DNA from: an uncultured Bacteroidota bacterium
GTDB lineage: Bacteria; Bacteroidota; Bacteroidia; Flavobacteriales; BACL11
Assembly (NCBI GenBank): GCA_902579065.1
Contig: CACHFI010000004.1
Location: 1 to 48,004 of the forward strand
Direction: 5' to 3'
DNA length: 48,004 nucleotides
Part shown: piece by piece, positions 35,590 to 45,977 of the stretch
Position numbering within the stretch: position 1 is the first letter of the stretch
Layout: every line of letters begins with the position of its first letter
Program-made: the position numbers and the translations under genes
Notes under the pieces: generated by a model
The model's input: only the letters and a program-made list of their open reading frames with translations
Told to the model about the DNA's origin: nothing
Database searches by the model: none

Positions 35590-37452
35590 TTGAAAAACCA
35601 GTATACTGAAGATAGTATTCGCTCACTAGATTGGAAAGAGCATATTAGATTACGTCCTGGAATGTATATTGGTAAGATGGGAAATGGATCTTCTCCCGAT
35701 GATGGTATTTATGTTTTACTAAAAGAGGTCATAGATAATTCTATTGACGAATATGTTATGGGAAATGGAAAAACTATCGAAATATCTATTAAAAATGATA
35801 GTGTGTCAGTAAGAGATTATGGTAGGGGAATTCCTTTGGGTAAGGTTGTTGATGTTGTATCCAAAATAAATACAGGAGCTAAATATGATTCTAAAGTATT
35901 TAAAAAATCTGTTGGATTAAATGGTGTTGGTTCCAAAGCTGTTAATGCTCTTTCTTCATATTTTAAAATTAAATCAATAAGAGAAGGAAAAAGTAAATTG
36001 GTAGAATTCTCTAAAGGAGCAATCACAAATGAAGAAGATATCCAAGAAAATAGTGGTAGAAAAGGGACATCAGTAAGTTTTATACCTGATAAGGAAATGT
36101 TTGGTAATTATAGATTTATTGACACTTTTGTTGAAAAGATGTTATGGAATTATTGTTTTCTAAATACTGGTTTAACAATACTTTACAATAACAATAAATT
36201 TTATTCTGAAGATGGCTTGTTTGACTTGCTTACAAAAAATACTGAAGCAGAATTATTATATCCTATTATTCATCTTAAAGATAACGATATAGAAGTAGCA
36301 ATTACTCATTGTAAAAACCAACATTCTGAACAATATTATTCATTTGTAAATGGTCAGCATACAGTTCAGGGAGGTACACATCAAGGCGCATTTAGACAAG
36401 CCGTGGTAAAGGTTATTAGAGAATTTTATAATAAAAATTATGAAGCTGCTGATATTAGACAGGCAATAAATGCTGCAATTAGTGTTAAGGTTATAGAACC
36501 AATTTTTGAATCACAAACAAAAACTAAATTAGGATCAACAGAGATTGAACCTGATGGAATAACATTACAAACTTTTGTTCATGATTTTTTAAAGAAAAAT
36601 CTAGATAATTATCTTCATAAAAATCCTGAAACTGCTGAAATTTTACAGAAGAAAATACAACAAGCAGAACATGAACGTAAGGCAATGGCTGGTGTTAAAA
36701 AATTAGCAAGAGAGAGAGCTAAAAAAGCTAGTCTACATAATAAAAAATTAAGAGATTGTAGAGTTCATTATAATGATGAAAAGAAACAAGAAAGGTTTGA
36801 TTCAACTTTATTTATAACAGAAGGAGATTCAGCTTCAGGATCTATTACAAAAACAAGAAATATTAATACACAAGCTGTTTTTAGTTTAAGAGGTAAACCA
36901 TTGAACTCTTATGGTTTAACTAAAAAGGTTGTATATGAAAATGAGGAATTCAATTTATTACAAGCTGCTTTAAATATTGAACAAGGAATTGATGATTTAA
37001 GATATAATAAAATTGTTATTGCCACTGATGCAGATGTTGATGGTATGCATATTAGATTACTTTTAATAACATTTTTTCTTCAATTTTTTCCTGAACTAGT
37101 AAAAGAAGGTCATGTTTACATTCTTGAGACCCCACTTTTTAGAGTGCGAAACAAGAAACAAACTTTATATTGCTATAATAACAAAGAAAGAATTAAAGCA
37201 ATTGAAAAATTGGGCAAATCTGCAGAAATAACTAGATTCAAAGGTCTTGGTGAAATTTCTCCAAATGAATTTAAATATTTTATTGGTGATAATATGAGAT
37301 TAGATCCTGTTATTATAGGAAGTGATACTAAGATTGAAGAAATTTTAAAATACTTTATGGGTAAAAACACCCCAGAAAGACAAGAATTTATTATAGATAA
37401 TTTAAAAGTTGAAGAGGATTTAGAGAAAGAGCATGAAGAAATTATCAGTTAA
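35590..37452 (+). CDS. parE: DNA topoisomerase IV subunit B
   Basis: [65 protein letters not shown]. Confidence 0.92.
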   Translation: MKNQYTEDSIRSLDWKEHIRLRPGMYIGKMGNGSSPDDGIYVLLKEVIDNSIDEYVMGNGKTIEISIKNDSVSVRDYGRGIPLGKVVDVVSKINTGAKYDSKVFKKSVGLNGVGSKAVNALSSYFKIKSIREGKSKLVEFSKGAITNEEDIQENSGRKGTSVSFIPDKEMFGNYRFIDTFVEKMLWNYCFLNTGLTILYNNNKFYSEDGLFDLLTKNTEAELLYPIIHLKDNDIEVAITHCKNQHSEQYYSFVNGQHTVQGGTHQGAFRQAVVKVIREFYNKNYEAADIRQAINAAISVKVIEPIFESQTKTKLGSTEIEPDGITLQTFVHDFLKKNLDNYLHKNPETAEILQKKIQQAEHERKAMAGVKKLARERAKKASLHNKKLRDCRVHYNDEKKQERFDSTLFITEGDSASGSITKTRNINTQAVFSLRGKPLNSYGLTKKVVYENEEFNLLQAALNIEQGIDDLRYNKIVIATDADVDGMHIRLLLITFFLQFFPELVKEGHVYILETPLFRVRNKKQTLYCYNNKERIKAIEKLGKSAEITRFKGLGEISPNEFKYFIGDNMRLDPVIIGSDTKIEEILKYFMGKNTPERQEFIIDNLKVEEDLEKEHEEIIS

Positions 37453-37909
37453 AAATTATAATAAAGCAAAACTTCTAAATATTTTTATTTACTCTTTTTT
37501 AATGATATCTTTTTTTATACCGCTTTTGATTATTTTATTTTTAGAAAGTTCAGAAATAGCTCAGTTTTTGATTAACAACCCATTTATATTAATTTTTCTT
37601 ATTTCCCTTCAAATATATTTTTTTTATTTGGGGTCCTATTTTTCTAAGATTAAAATTGATCAATATATAATTAATATTTTTTCATCTAGATCTAATTCTC
37701 AAGATAATATGTTAGATATAAAGCATGATATGTTAAAGAGTTATCATATAAAAAAATCAATGTTTTCTTGGAATACAATTGTTTATATTAATTTTATTAA
37801 AAAAAATAATAATTATGTTACAAGAAAGTTTTACTTTTCATTAATGAATGATAATGATCAAAAGAAAGTCATTTTATTTCTAGACAACATATTAAAAAAT
37901 AATGAGTGA
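37433..37909 (+). CDS. Hypothetical two-TM membrane protein between parE and parC
   Basis: 158-codon ORF filling the gap, overlapping parE by 20 bp and parC by 8 bp; two hydrophobic helices then a soluble tail. Confidence 0.7.
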   Translation: MKKLSVKNYNKAKLLNIFIYSFLMISFFIPLLIILFLESSEIAQFLINNPFILIFLISLQIYFFYLGSYFSKIKIDQYIINIFSSRSNSQDNMLDIKHDMLKSYHIKKSMFSWNTIVYINFIKKNNNYVTRKFYFSLMNDNDQKKVILFLDNILKNNE

Positions 37910-40496
37910 TATTGATAATATAGAAAATGATGGTTTAAAGGAAATTGTGCATGTTTCTGGTATGTATGAAGATTGGTTTTTGGACTATGCTTCATATGTA
38001 ATACTCGAGAGGGCAGTTCCTCATATTTATGATGGTTTTAAGCCTGTACAAAGAAGAATACTCCATTCCTTAAAAGAATTGGATGACGGAAGATATCATA
38101 AAGTGGCAAATATTATTGGTCATACTATGAAATACCATCCTCATGGAGATGCATCAATTGGAGATGCAATGGTTCAATTAGGACAAAAAAATCTTCTTCT
38201 TGATATGCAAGGTAACTGGGGTAATACAGCAACTGGAGATAGAGCTGCTGCTCCAAGATACATAGAAGTAAGACTTACTCCTTTTGCTTTAGATGTTGCT
38301 TTTAATAAAAAAATTACTAGTTGGAATTCTTCATATGATGGAAGAGGAAGAGAACCTGAAACATTACCCGTAAAATTTCCATTATTATTAGCTCATGGGG
38401 TAGAAGGAATAGCGGTTGGTTTGTCTACTAAAATACTTCCACATAATTTTAATGAACTTATTGATGCATCAGTCAAAGTACTAAAAGGAATAAAACCTAG
38501 AATTTTTCCTGATTTTTCGTCTGGTGGTATGGCAGATTTTTCAAATTATAATGATGGTAAAAGAGGAGGTAAAATAAGAGTCCGTGCAAAAATCAAAGCA
38601 ATAGATAAAAGTACTCTTCATATAACTGAATTACCATTTACTACTAATACTTCATCATTAATAAATTCAATAATTAAAGCAAATGATAAAGGAAAAATTA
38701 AAATTAAAAGAATCGAAGATAATACTGCAGAAGAAGTAGAAATTGCAATTTATTTGCCAAGTGGTATCTCTCCTGATAAAACTATTGATGCCTTATATAG
38801 ATTTACAGATTGTGAATTGTCAATATCACCACTTGCCTGTGTAATTGATAATAATAAACCTGTATTTATTGGAGTTTCTGAAATACTTCAAAAGTCAACC
38901 AATCATACTGTAGACTTACTTACGCAAGAATTAGAAGTTACATTAAAAGAGTTAAAGGATAAATGGCATTTCTCTTCACTTGAAAGAATTTTTATAGAGA
39001 ATAGAATATACCATGCAATAGAAGAATTGGAATCATGGGAGGAAATTATATCTACCATACATCATGAAATAAAGCCATTCTGTAACAATTTAATTAGAGA
39101 AGTTACCGATGATGATGTTGAAAGGCTTACAGAGATAAAGATTAAGCGCATTACTAAGTTTGATTTAGATAAAGCTATTAATGATATACAGATTTTAGAA
39201 AAGAAAATTAAAGAGGTAGAATATAATTTAGATAATATTATTCAATATGCTATTAATTATTTTAAAGATTTAAAAAAGAAATATGGGATTAATAAAGAAA
39301 GAAAAACTGAAATAAAAGAGTTTGAAAGCATTGATGCTACTAAAGTTGTTGTTGCGAATAAAAAACTATATTTTAATAAGGAGGAAGGTTTTATTGGAAC
39401 AGCAATGCGAAAGGATGAATATGTATGTGAATGTTCTGATATTGATGATATCATTGTTTTTAAACAAGATGGTTCAATGAAAGTGGTAAAAGTTGATTCT
39501 AAAGTATTTGTTGGTAAAGGTATCATTCATGCAGCAGTATTTAAAAAGAAAGATACTCGTACTATTTATAATATGATATACAGTGATGGTAAATCAGGTT
39601 ATTCTATGATGAAGAGATTTAATGTTAGTAGTATTACCAGAAATAAGGATTATTACCTAACAAAATCTGAAAAAGGATCTAAAGTTATTTATTTTACTGC
39701 AAATCCTAATGGAGAAGCTGAGACAGTCACTGTTCATTTAAGAAAACTTCAAAAATTAAAAATTTTAAAATTTGATTATGATTTTGCTCAACTAGCTATT
39801 AAGGGTAAAGGATCTGTAGGTAATATACTTACTAAGAATAAAGTTAAAAAGATAGAATTAAAATCAGAAGGTGTTTCAACTTTATCTGCAAGAAAGATTT
39901 GGTTTGATCCTAATGTAAGACGGCTAAATACTGAAGAAAGAGGAAATCTTTTAGGGGATTTTGCTGCTAATGATAAGATATTAACTATTAATGATGATGG
40001 GTCATTAGAACTTAAAAGTTTTGATATTTCTACTCATTTTGAAGATAATATGATCATAATTGAAAAGCACAATCCAAAAAAACCTATTTCTGCTGTTTAT
40101 TTTGATGGAAATAAAGAAAATTTCTTTGTAAAAAGATTTTTAATTGAGAATTTAAGTCAAAAATTTACTTTTATTAGTGATCATAAAAAATCTTTTTTAG
40201 AAAAAGTTTCAACAGATTGGCGACCACAAATAGAAGTTTTATACAAAAAGGAAAAAGGTAAAGAAAGAAAAAAAGACATTATTGATTTAGAAAATTTTAT
40301 TGCTATTAAAGGTCCAAAATCAATTGGAAATAGACTGTCATCAAATAAAATTAATTCTGTTAATTTACTAGATCCCTTAGAATACAAAGAGCTTTTAGAA
40401 TCGAAAATTGACGAAGATTCTAACAATATTAATTTAGATATTCCTTTAACAATAACTAATGATGATGATAATAATCAAACTTCACTTGAATTATAA
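37902..40496 (+). CDS. parC: DNA topoisomerase IV subunit A
   Basis: DYASYVI.ERA, DGFKPVQRR, YHPHGD, AAPRY (catalytic Tyr), GIAVG, PHN; no GyrA box seen. Confidence 0.92.
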   Translation: MSDIDNIENDGLKEIVHVSGMYEDWFLDYASYVILERAVPHIYDGFKPVQRRILHSLKELDDGRYHKVANIIGHTMKYHPHGDASIGDAMVQLGQKNLLLDMQGNWGNTATGDRAAAPRYIEVRLTPFALDVAFNKKITSWNSSYDGRGREPETLPVKFPLLLAHGVEGIAVGLSTKILPHNFNELIDASVKVLKGIKPRIFPDFSSGGMADFSNYNDGKRGGKIRVRAKIKAIDKSTLHITELPFTTNTSSLINSIIKANDKGKIKIKRIEDNTAEEVEIAIYLPSGISPDKTIDALYRFTDCELSISPLACVIDNNKPVFIGVSEILQKSTNHTVDLLTQELEVTLKELKDKWHFSSLERIFIENRIYHAIEELESWEEIISTIHHEIKPFCNNLIREVTDDDVERLTEIKIKRITKFDLDKAINDIQILEKKIKEVEYNLDNIIQYAINYFKDLKKKYGINKERKTEIKEFESIDATKVVVANKKLYFNKEEGFIGTAMRKDEYVCECSDIDDIIVFKQDGSMKVVKVDSKVFVGKGIIHAAVFKKKDTRTIYNMIYSDGKSGYSMMKRFNVSSITRNKDYYLTKSEKGSKVIYFTANPNGEAETVTVHLRKLQKLKILKFDYDFAQLAIKGKGSVGNILTKNKVKKIELKSEGVSTLSARKIWFDPNVRRLNTEERGNLLGDFAANDKILTINDDGSLELKSFDISTHFEDNMIIIEKHNPKKPISAVYFDGNKENFFVKRFLIENLSQKFTFISDHKKSFLEKVSTDWRPQIEVLYKKEKGKERKKDIIDLENFIAIKGPKSIGNRLSSNKINSVNLLDPLEYKELLESKIDEDSNNINLDIPLTITNDDDNNQTSLEL

Positions 40497-40546
40497 TAAG
40501 TTTGAATAAATAAAATTATTTGTATAATTTTTTTTTATTAAAGTTA

Positions 40547-40554
40547 TATATTTG
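40547..40554 (+). promoter_or_regulatory. Bacteroidota -7 element (TATATTTG)
   Basis: TAnnTTTG 14 bp upstream of ATG 40569. Confidence 0.55.
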
Positions 40555-40568
40555 TAAAAAACACAATT

Positions 40569-42893
40569 ATGAGATTACTTTTTTTAATACTTTTTCTTCC
40601 ATTTACTCTTCTAAGTCAATCAAATTATAACCTATCTTTATTAGGAACATATGATAATTATAATTCAGAGGGGAATGATATTTGGGGATGGGTCGCTCCA
40701 GATGGAAGCGAATATGCCCTAGTTGGATTAAATGATGGGTTTTCTGTTGTAAATGTATCTAATCCTTCTAACCCAATAGAAGAATTTTTTATTAATGATT
40801 TAACATCAACATGGAGAGATGTAAAGACATGGGGAAATTATGCTTATGTAACAACTGAAGCTGATGCTGGTTTATTAATAGTTGATCTATCAGACATGAC
40901 TGGTAATACATATTTTCATAGAACTCTTTTTCCAGCTGCATCATCTGGTGCAGATACAGAATTTACCGCGGCACACAATATATATATTGATGAAAATGGT
41001 GTAGCTTATATTTTTGGTGCTTCCTCAAATAATGGAAGTTCTCCTTCAGATGGAGTTATATTTTTAGATGTTGACACTGATCCAATTAATCCTCTATTTC
41101 TTGGAGAATGGAATGATTTTTATGTTCATGATGGAATGGCTAGAGGAGATACTATGTATGTAGGTTGTATTTATGAAGGAGATTTATATGTTGTAGATGT
41201 TTCTGACAAAGCCAATCCAGTCAATCTAGGTAATGTAGCCACACCTAGTGATTTTACTCACAATGCATGGGTCTCAGATAACGGAAATTATGTTTTTACT
41301 ACAGATGAAGTATCTGATGCATATCTCGGTTCTTATGATATTTCTGATTTAAATAATATCCAGGAAATTGATAGAATTCAATCAAATCCTGGCTCTAACT
41401 CTATCCCTCACAATACTCATGTTGATGGTAATTTTATTATTACTTCATATTATAGAGATGGAACTGTAGTACATGATATAACAAATCCGCACAACCTTAT
41501 TGAAGTAGCTCATTATGATTCTTCTCCATTATCTGGAGATGGTTTTGATGGTTGTTGGGGAACTTATCCTTTTTTACCTTCTGGAAATATTATCTCTTCA
41601 GATATTAATAGCGGAAATAATAATAATGGTAGATTATTGGTTTACAGTAGAGATTTTTTACAAGCATGTTATCTTGAAGGAAATGTTTCTGATATTACAA
41701 ATTCAAATCCAATTACTAATGCAACAGTAGAGATACTAAATTCTGTATTAACCGTACAAACTTCGACTGATTTGTCAGGAAATTATATGACTGGTATTGC
41801 AAACTCTTCTTCTTATGATATTGTTTTTTCTGCTCCTGGATATCTTTCAGATACAATTAATGCTACTTTTTCTAATGGAAATACAACTATTGTAAATTCT
41901 CAATTACAACCATTACAATCTTTTAATACTAGTGGAAGTGTAATTGACGTTAACGGAATTGGCATACCCAATTCAGATGTTTTAATTTTTAATTCATCAT
42001 TTTCTCTAAACACAATTACTGATGCTAACGGTAATTTTAACATAAATGGTATTTATGAAGGAAACTATAATGTTATTGCTGGATCATGGGGTTATATAAC
42101 TTCTTGTACAAACGAGTTTATATCATCAACTACAAATAATCAAATTACTCTACAGACAGGTTATTATGATGATTTTACATTTGATTTTGGTTGGACAGTT
42201 ACCGGTGGAGTATCAGCCCCTAACGAGGGTATATGGCAAAGAGGTAATCCCGAAGGAACTGATTATAATGGATCTAATTTTAATCCAGATAATGATGTAA
42301 CTAATGATTGTTATGAATATGCATATGTAACAGGTTTAGCTGCTGGAAGTCAAGTTGGTGATAATGATGTAGATGATTTTAATACAATTCTAACTTCTCC
42401 AGTTTTTGATCTATCTAATCCTTTAAGTAATGATGAATCTTATTTTTTAAATTACAATTTATGGTTTAATAACGATTTTCCTAGTTGGGGTGGAGGTTCG
42501 AATCCAAATGATTCATTAACAGTAAAAATCACAAATGGTGTTTTTACTACAACATTAGAAACATTAACATCAAATTCTTCTAATCTAGGGCAATGGAATT
42601 CTAAATCATTTGATTTGAGTCAGTATATTTCTTTAAATAACACTATGCAAATTATAATTGAAACAGCTGATTGGGATGCTTTAGGAGGACATTGGGTTGA
42701 AGGAGGTTTTGATAAGTTTGAAATAGTTGTTCAAAGTACCACATCTCAAGATGATATCAATCTAAATTCAAAAAAATTAATTGATGTAGTTGATTTAATT
42801 GGAAGACGATCTCTGCTACAAAATAATCATATACTTCTATATATTTATGATGATGGGTCAGTTGAGAAAAGGGTAATTATTGATAACAAGTGA
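40569..42893 (+). CDS. Choice-of-anchor B family secreted protein (paralogue of 5173..7425) with two carboxypeptidase-regulatory-like domains and a jelly-roll-like C-terminal domain
   Basis: Same propeller motifs as 5173..7425 (DIWGW, STWRDVKTWGNYAYVTTE, EIDRIQSNPGSNSIPHN, GCWGTYPFLPSGNIISSDINSG) with a different C-terminal half. Confidence 0.8.
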   Translation: MRLLFLILFLPFTLLSQSNYNLSLLGTYDNYNSEGNDIWGWVAPDGSEYALVGLNDGFSVVNVSNPSNPIEEFFINDLTSTWRDVKTWGNYAYVTTEADAGLLIVDLSDMTGNTYFHRTLFPAASSGADTEFTAAHNIYIDENGVAYIFGASSNNGSSPSDGVIFLDVDTDPINPLFLGEWNDFYVHDGMARGDTMYVGCIYEGDLYVVDVSDKANPVNLGNVATPSDFTHNAWVSDNGNYVFTTDEVSDAYLGSYDISDLNNIQEIDRIQSNPGSNSIPHNTHVDGNFIITSYYRDGTVVHDITNPHNLIEVAHYDSSPLSGDGFDGCWGTYPFLPSGNIISSDINSGNNNNGRLLVYSRDFLQACYLEGNVSDITNSNPITNATVEILNSVLTVQTSTDLSGNYMTGIANSSSYDIVFSAPGYLSDTINATFSNGNTTIVNSQLQPLQSFNTSGSVIDVNGIGIPNSDVLIFNSSFSLNTITDANGNFNINGIYEGNYNVIAGSWGYITSCTNEFISSTTNNQITLQTGYYDDFTFDFGWTVTGGVSAPNEGIWQRGNPEGTDYNGSNFNPDNDVTNDCYEYAYVTGLAAGSQVGDNDVDDFNTILTSPVFDLSNPLSNDESYFLNYNLWFNNDFPSWGGGSNPNDSLTVKITNGVFTTTLETLTSNSSNLGQWNSKSFDLSQYISLNNTMQIIIETADWDALGGHWVEGGFDKFEIVVQSTTSQDDINLNSKKLIDVVDLIGRRSLLQNNHILLYIYDDGSVEKRVIIDNK

Positions 42894-43729
42894 TAAATAA
42901 AGATAGTTTTATAATATCTGGATCTCAAGAAAACAAAATCTTAATAGATGTTTATTTTAAAAATAATTCAACTAAAAAAGATGTTGTAATATTTTCTCAT
43001 GGTTTTAAAGGGTTTAAAGATTGGGGTCCATTCAACAATATGGCTAAATCTTTTGCTTTGGAGGGTTTCTTTTTTATAAAATTTAACTTTTCATATAATG
43101 GTACTTCTTTATCTAACCCAACTGAATTTGTTGATTTAAATTCATTTGGTAATAATAACTTTTCAATTGAGTTAGATGACCTAAATAATGTGTTAAATTG
43201 GATCATTTCTAATACTGATTTTAATCAACAGATAAATAAAAATAGAATTAATCTTTTCGGACACAGTAGAGGAGGAGGTATTAGTATTTTAAAGACTAAT
43301 GAAGACATAAGAATTAATAAAGTTGTTTCTTGGGCTTCTCCATCTAATTTTATTAAAAGAATGGATGAATCAAAATTAGATACATGGAAAAATGAAGGAG
43401 TTGCTTATATTTTCAATTCAAGAACTAATCAAAATATGCCACTTTTTTATCAATTTTATGAAGATTGTATCAAAAACAAATCAAGAATAGACATTGAAAA
43501 TGCTTCAAGAAATTTAAATATTCCCCATCTTGCAATTCATGGCTCTGATGACCCTACTGTTCATATAGATGAAGTTTATGATTTTCAAAAATGGAATTCA
43601 AAAACAATAGTTAAAGAAATTAAAGGAGCAAATCATGTATTTGGCGTTTCGCATCCATATGATGATAAGAAATATCCTATGCATTTTAATAAAGCATTAG
43701 AATTTACCTTTGATTTTCTAAAAAGTTAA
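42890..43729 (+). CDS. Alpha/beta-fold hydrolase
   Basis: HGFKGFKDWG, nucleophile elbow GHSRGG, IHGSDD.TV, GANHVFG; GTG start overlaps the upstream TGA. Confidence 0.88.
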   Translation: MINKDSFIISGSQENKILIDVYFKNNSTKKDVVIFSHGFKGFKDWGPFNNMAKSFALEGFFFIKFNFSYNGTSLSNPTEFVDLNSFGNNNFSIELDDLNNVLNWIISNTDFNQQINKNRINLFGHSRGGGISILKTNEDIRINKVVSWASPSNFIKRMDESKLDTWKNEGVAYIFNSRTNQNMPLFYQFYEDCIKNKSRIDIENASRNLNIPHLAIHGSDDPTVHIDEVYDFQKWNSKTIVKEIKGANHVFGVSHPYDDKKYPMHFNKALEFTFDFLKS

Positions 43730-44740
43730 TCTAGCTGATGCTGATTCAGAATAATCAGTAACAATATCATTGTACAAATATTTATATTTTCCAGCAATTG
43801 CAATCATAGCTGCATTATCTGTACAGTACTCAAAATTTGGTATATAAATATTGTAACTATTTTTCTTACCTAGTTCTAATAATTTTTTTCTTAGATATGA
43901 ATTAGCAGAAACTCCTCCTGCAATAGCAATATTATTAATATTTGTTAATTCACTCGCTTTTTCTAATTTATCAATCAAAATAGATACTATTGATTCTTGA
44001 ATTGAAGCACATAGATCATTCAAATTATTTTTGATAAAATTTTTATCCTTTTGCACAGCATTATTTATATTATTCATAATTGAAGTTTTTAAACCACTAA
44101 AACTAAAATTTAGTTTATCAATTTTAGGTTTTCCAAAAACAAATGCATTTATATCACCATTTTTTGCATATTTATCAATTAATGGCCCTCCAGGGTATTT
44201 TAATCCTAATACTTTAGCTGATTTGTCAAAAGCTTCTCCTGCAGCGTCATCTAATGTAGTTCCAATTATTTCCATTTCATTATAATTATCAACTTTTACA
44301 ATTTGAGTATGACCTCCAGAAACAGTTAGACATAAAAATGGAAATTCAGGAATTTTTTGTTCTTTATGTTCAATAAAATGAGCAAGTATATGAGCTTGCA
44401 TGTGATTTATTGATACAAGAGGTTTGTTTAGTGAAAAAGAAAATGATTTTGCAAAAGAGCTTCCTACAAGTAATGATCCTAATAAACCAGGTCCTTTAGT
44501 ATAAGCTATTACATCAATATCACTTTTATTAATTTTTGCGCTTTTAATTGCTACATCAACAACAGGAATGATATTTTGTTGGTGTGCTCTGGAAGCTAGT
44601 TCAGGTACTACACCACCATATTTTTCATGAATACTTTGATTTGCTATTATGTTAGATAATACTTTAGAACCCTTTAAAATAGCTGCAGAAGTTTCATCAC
44701 ATGAAGATTCAATTCCTAAAACTATTAATTCTTTATTCAT
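43718..44740 (-). CDS. tsaD: tRNA N6-threonylcarbamoyladenosine synthesis protein TsaD
   Basis: [62 protein letters not shown]. Confidence 0.97.
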   Translation of the reverse strand: MNKELIVLGIESSCDETSAAILKGSKVLSNIIANQSIHEKYGGVVPELASRAHQQNIIPVVDVAIKSAKINKSDIDVIAYTKGPGLLGSLLVGSSFAKSFSFSLNKPLVSINHMQAHILAHFIEHKEQKIPEFPFLCLTVSGGHTQIVKVDNYNEMEIIGTTLDDAAGEAFDKSAKVLGLKYPGGPLIDKYAKNGDINAFVFGKPKIDKLNFSFSGLKTSIMNNINNAVQKDKNFIKNNLNDLCASIQESIVSILIDKLEKASELTNINNIAIAGGVSANSYLRKKLLELGKKNSYNIYIPNFEYCTDNAAMIAIAGKYKYLYNDIVTDYSESASARLTF

Positions 44741-45944
44741 CTAGTTTTTTAAGTGAATGACCCATTTTATCTCTTTTTGTTTGAAGATAAAATTTATTAT
44801 GTTCATTAGATTCTATTTCTATTGGTACACTATCAACTATTTCTATTCCATATCCAGATAAACCAACCCTTTTCTTTGGATTGTTTGATAGTAATTTAAT
44901 TTTTCTTACATCCATTGCTCTTAGGATTTGAGCTCCAATACCATAATCTCTGTGGTCGGGTAAGAATCCAAGCTCAATATTTGCTTCTACTGTATCACTA
45001 CCTTTTTCTTGTAACTCATATGCTTTTAACTTATTTAGTAATCCTATTCCTCTTCCTTCTTGATTCATGTAAACTAAAATACCTTTTTCAGCATTTTCAA
45101 TTTGTTTAAGAGCTGCATGTAATTGTGGACCGCAGTCACATCTACATGAACCAAAAATATCTCCAGTTACACAAGAAGAATGAACCCTAACAAGAATTTC
45201 ATCATTTGCATCCCATGTTCCTTTATATATTGCCATATGAATTTGATCATTAGTAATTTGCTTAAATGCTTTTAATTTAAAATTTCCAAATTCAGTAGGA
45301 AGTTTAACATCAACTTCTTCAGTTATCAAACTTTCATTTTGTAACCTATATTCAATCAAATCTTTAATTGTTATAAATTTTAAATTGAATTTTTGAGCTA
45401 TTAAATGTAATTCTGGAGTTCTAGCCATGGATCCATCTTCATTTAAAATTTCTACAATTACTCCTGCAGGTTCAAGCCCAGCAAGTCTTGCAAGATCAAT
45501 AGAAGCTTCAGTGTGTCCTGCACGTCTTAATACACCTCCTTCTCTAGCTTTTAATGGAAAAATATGACCAGGTTTACCAAGTTGATCTTTTTTAGTGTTA
45601 GGATTTACTAGAGCTTGAATAGTTTTAGATCTGTCAGATGCTGAGATCCCTGTTGTACATCCGTTACCAATTAAATCTACCGAAATTGTAAATGGAGTTT
45701 CATAGGCAGCAGTATTTTTTCCTATCATTAAGTCTAATCCTAATTCTTCACATCTTTTTTCTAAAAGGGGAGTACAAATAAGTCCCTTTCCATGGGTAGC
45801 CATAAAATTTATCATTTCAGGAGTAACTTTTTCCGCAGCTGCAACAAAATCACCCTCATTTTCTCTATTTTCATCATCTATAACAATAACTACTTTTCCA
45901 TCCTTAATGTCTGCTATTGCTTCTTCAATTGTGTTAAATTTCAT
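44733..45944 (-). CDS. ribBA: Bifunctional DHBP synthase / GTP cyclohydrolase II
   Basis: [63 protein letters not shown]. Confidence 0.96.
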   Translation of the reverse strand: MKFNTIEEAIADIKDGKVVIVIDDENRENEGDFVAAAEKVTPEMINFMATHGKGLICTPLLEKRCEELGLDLMIGKNTAAYETPFTISVDLIGNGCTTGISASDRSKTIQALVNPNTKKDQLGKPGHIFPLKAREGGVLRRAGHTEASIDLARLAGLEPAGVIVEILNEDGSMARTPELHLIAQKFNLKFITIKDLIEYRLQNESLITEEVDVKLPTEFGNFKLKAFKQITNDQIHMAIYKGTWDANDEILVRVHSSCVTGDIFGSCRCDCGPQLHAALKQIENAEKGILVYMNQEGRGIGLLNKLKAYELQEKGSDTVEANIELGFLPDHRDYGIGAQILRAMDVRKIKLLSNNPKKRVGLSGYGIEIVDSVPIEIESNEHNKFYLQTKRDKMGHSLKKLDE

Positions 45945-45960
45945 ACTTTAAATTATTTTG

Positions 45961-45968
45961 CAAAATTA
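45961..45968 (-). promoter_or_regulatory. Bacteroidota -7 element (TAATTTTG) for ribBA-tsaD
   Basis: TAATTTTGCA on the minus strand, 16 bp upstream of the ribBA start. Confidence 0.55.
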
Positions 45969-45977
45969 ATTATTATA

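Noticed and set aside
38133-38170. ParC QRDR reads HPHGDASIGD (Ala at the Ser83-equivalent position)
   Set aside because: This appears to be the ordinary Bacteroidota ParC sequence, not evidence of acquired quinolone resistance.
4112-40620. Most signal peptides are followed by Gln
   Set aside because: This is the known Bacteroidota Q-rule (pyroglutamate formation); useful for taxonomy but not novel.
45945-45977. Possible FMN riboswitch upstream of ribBA
   Set aside because: The intergenic gap is only 33 bp and has no RFN consensus.
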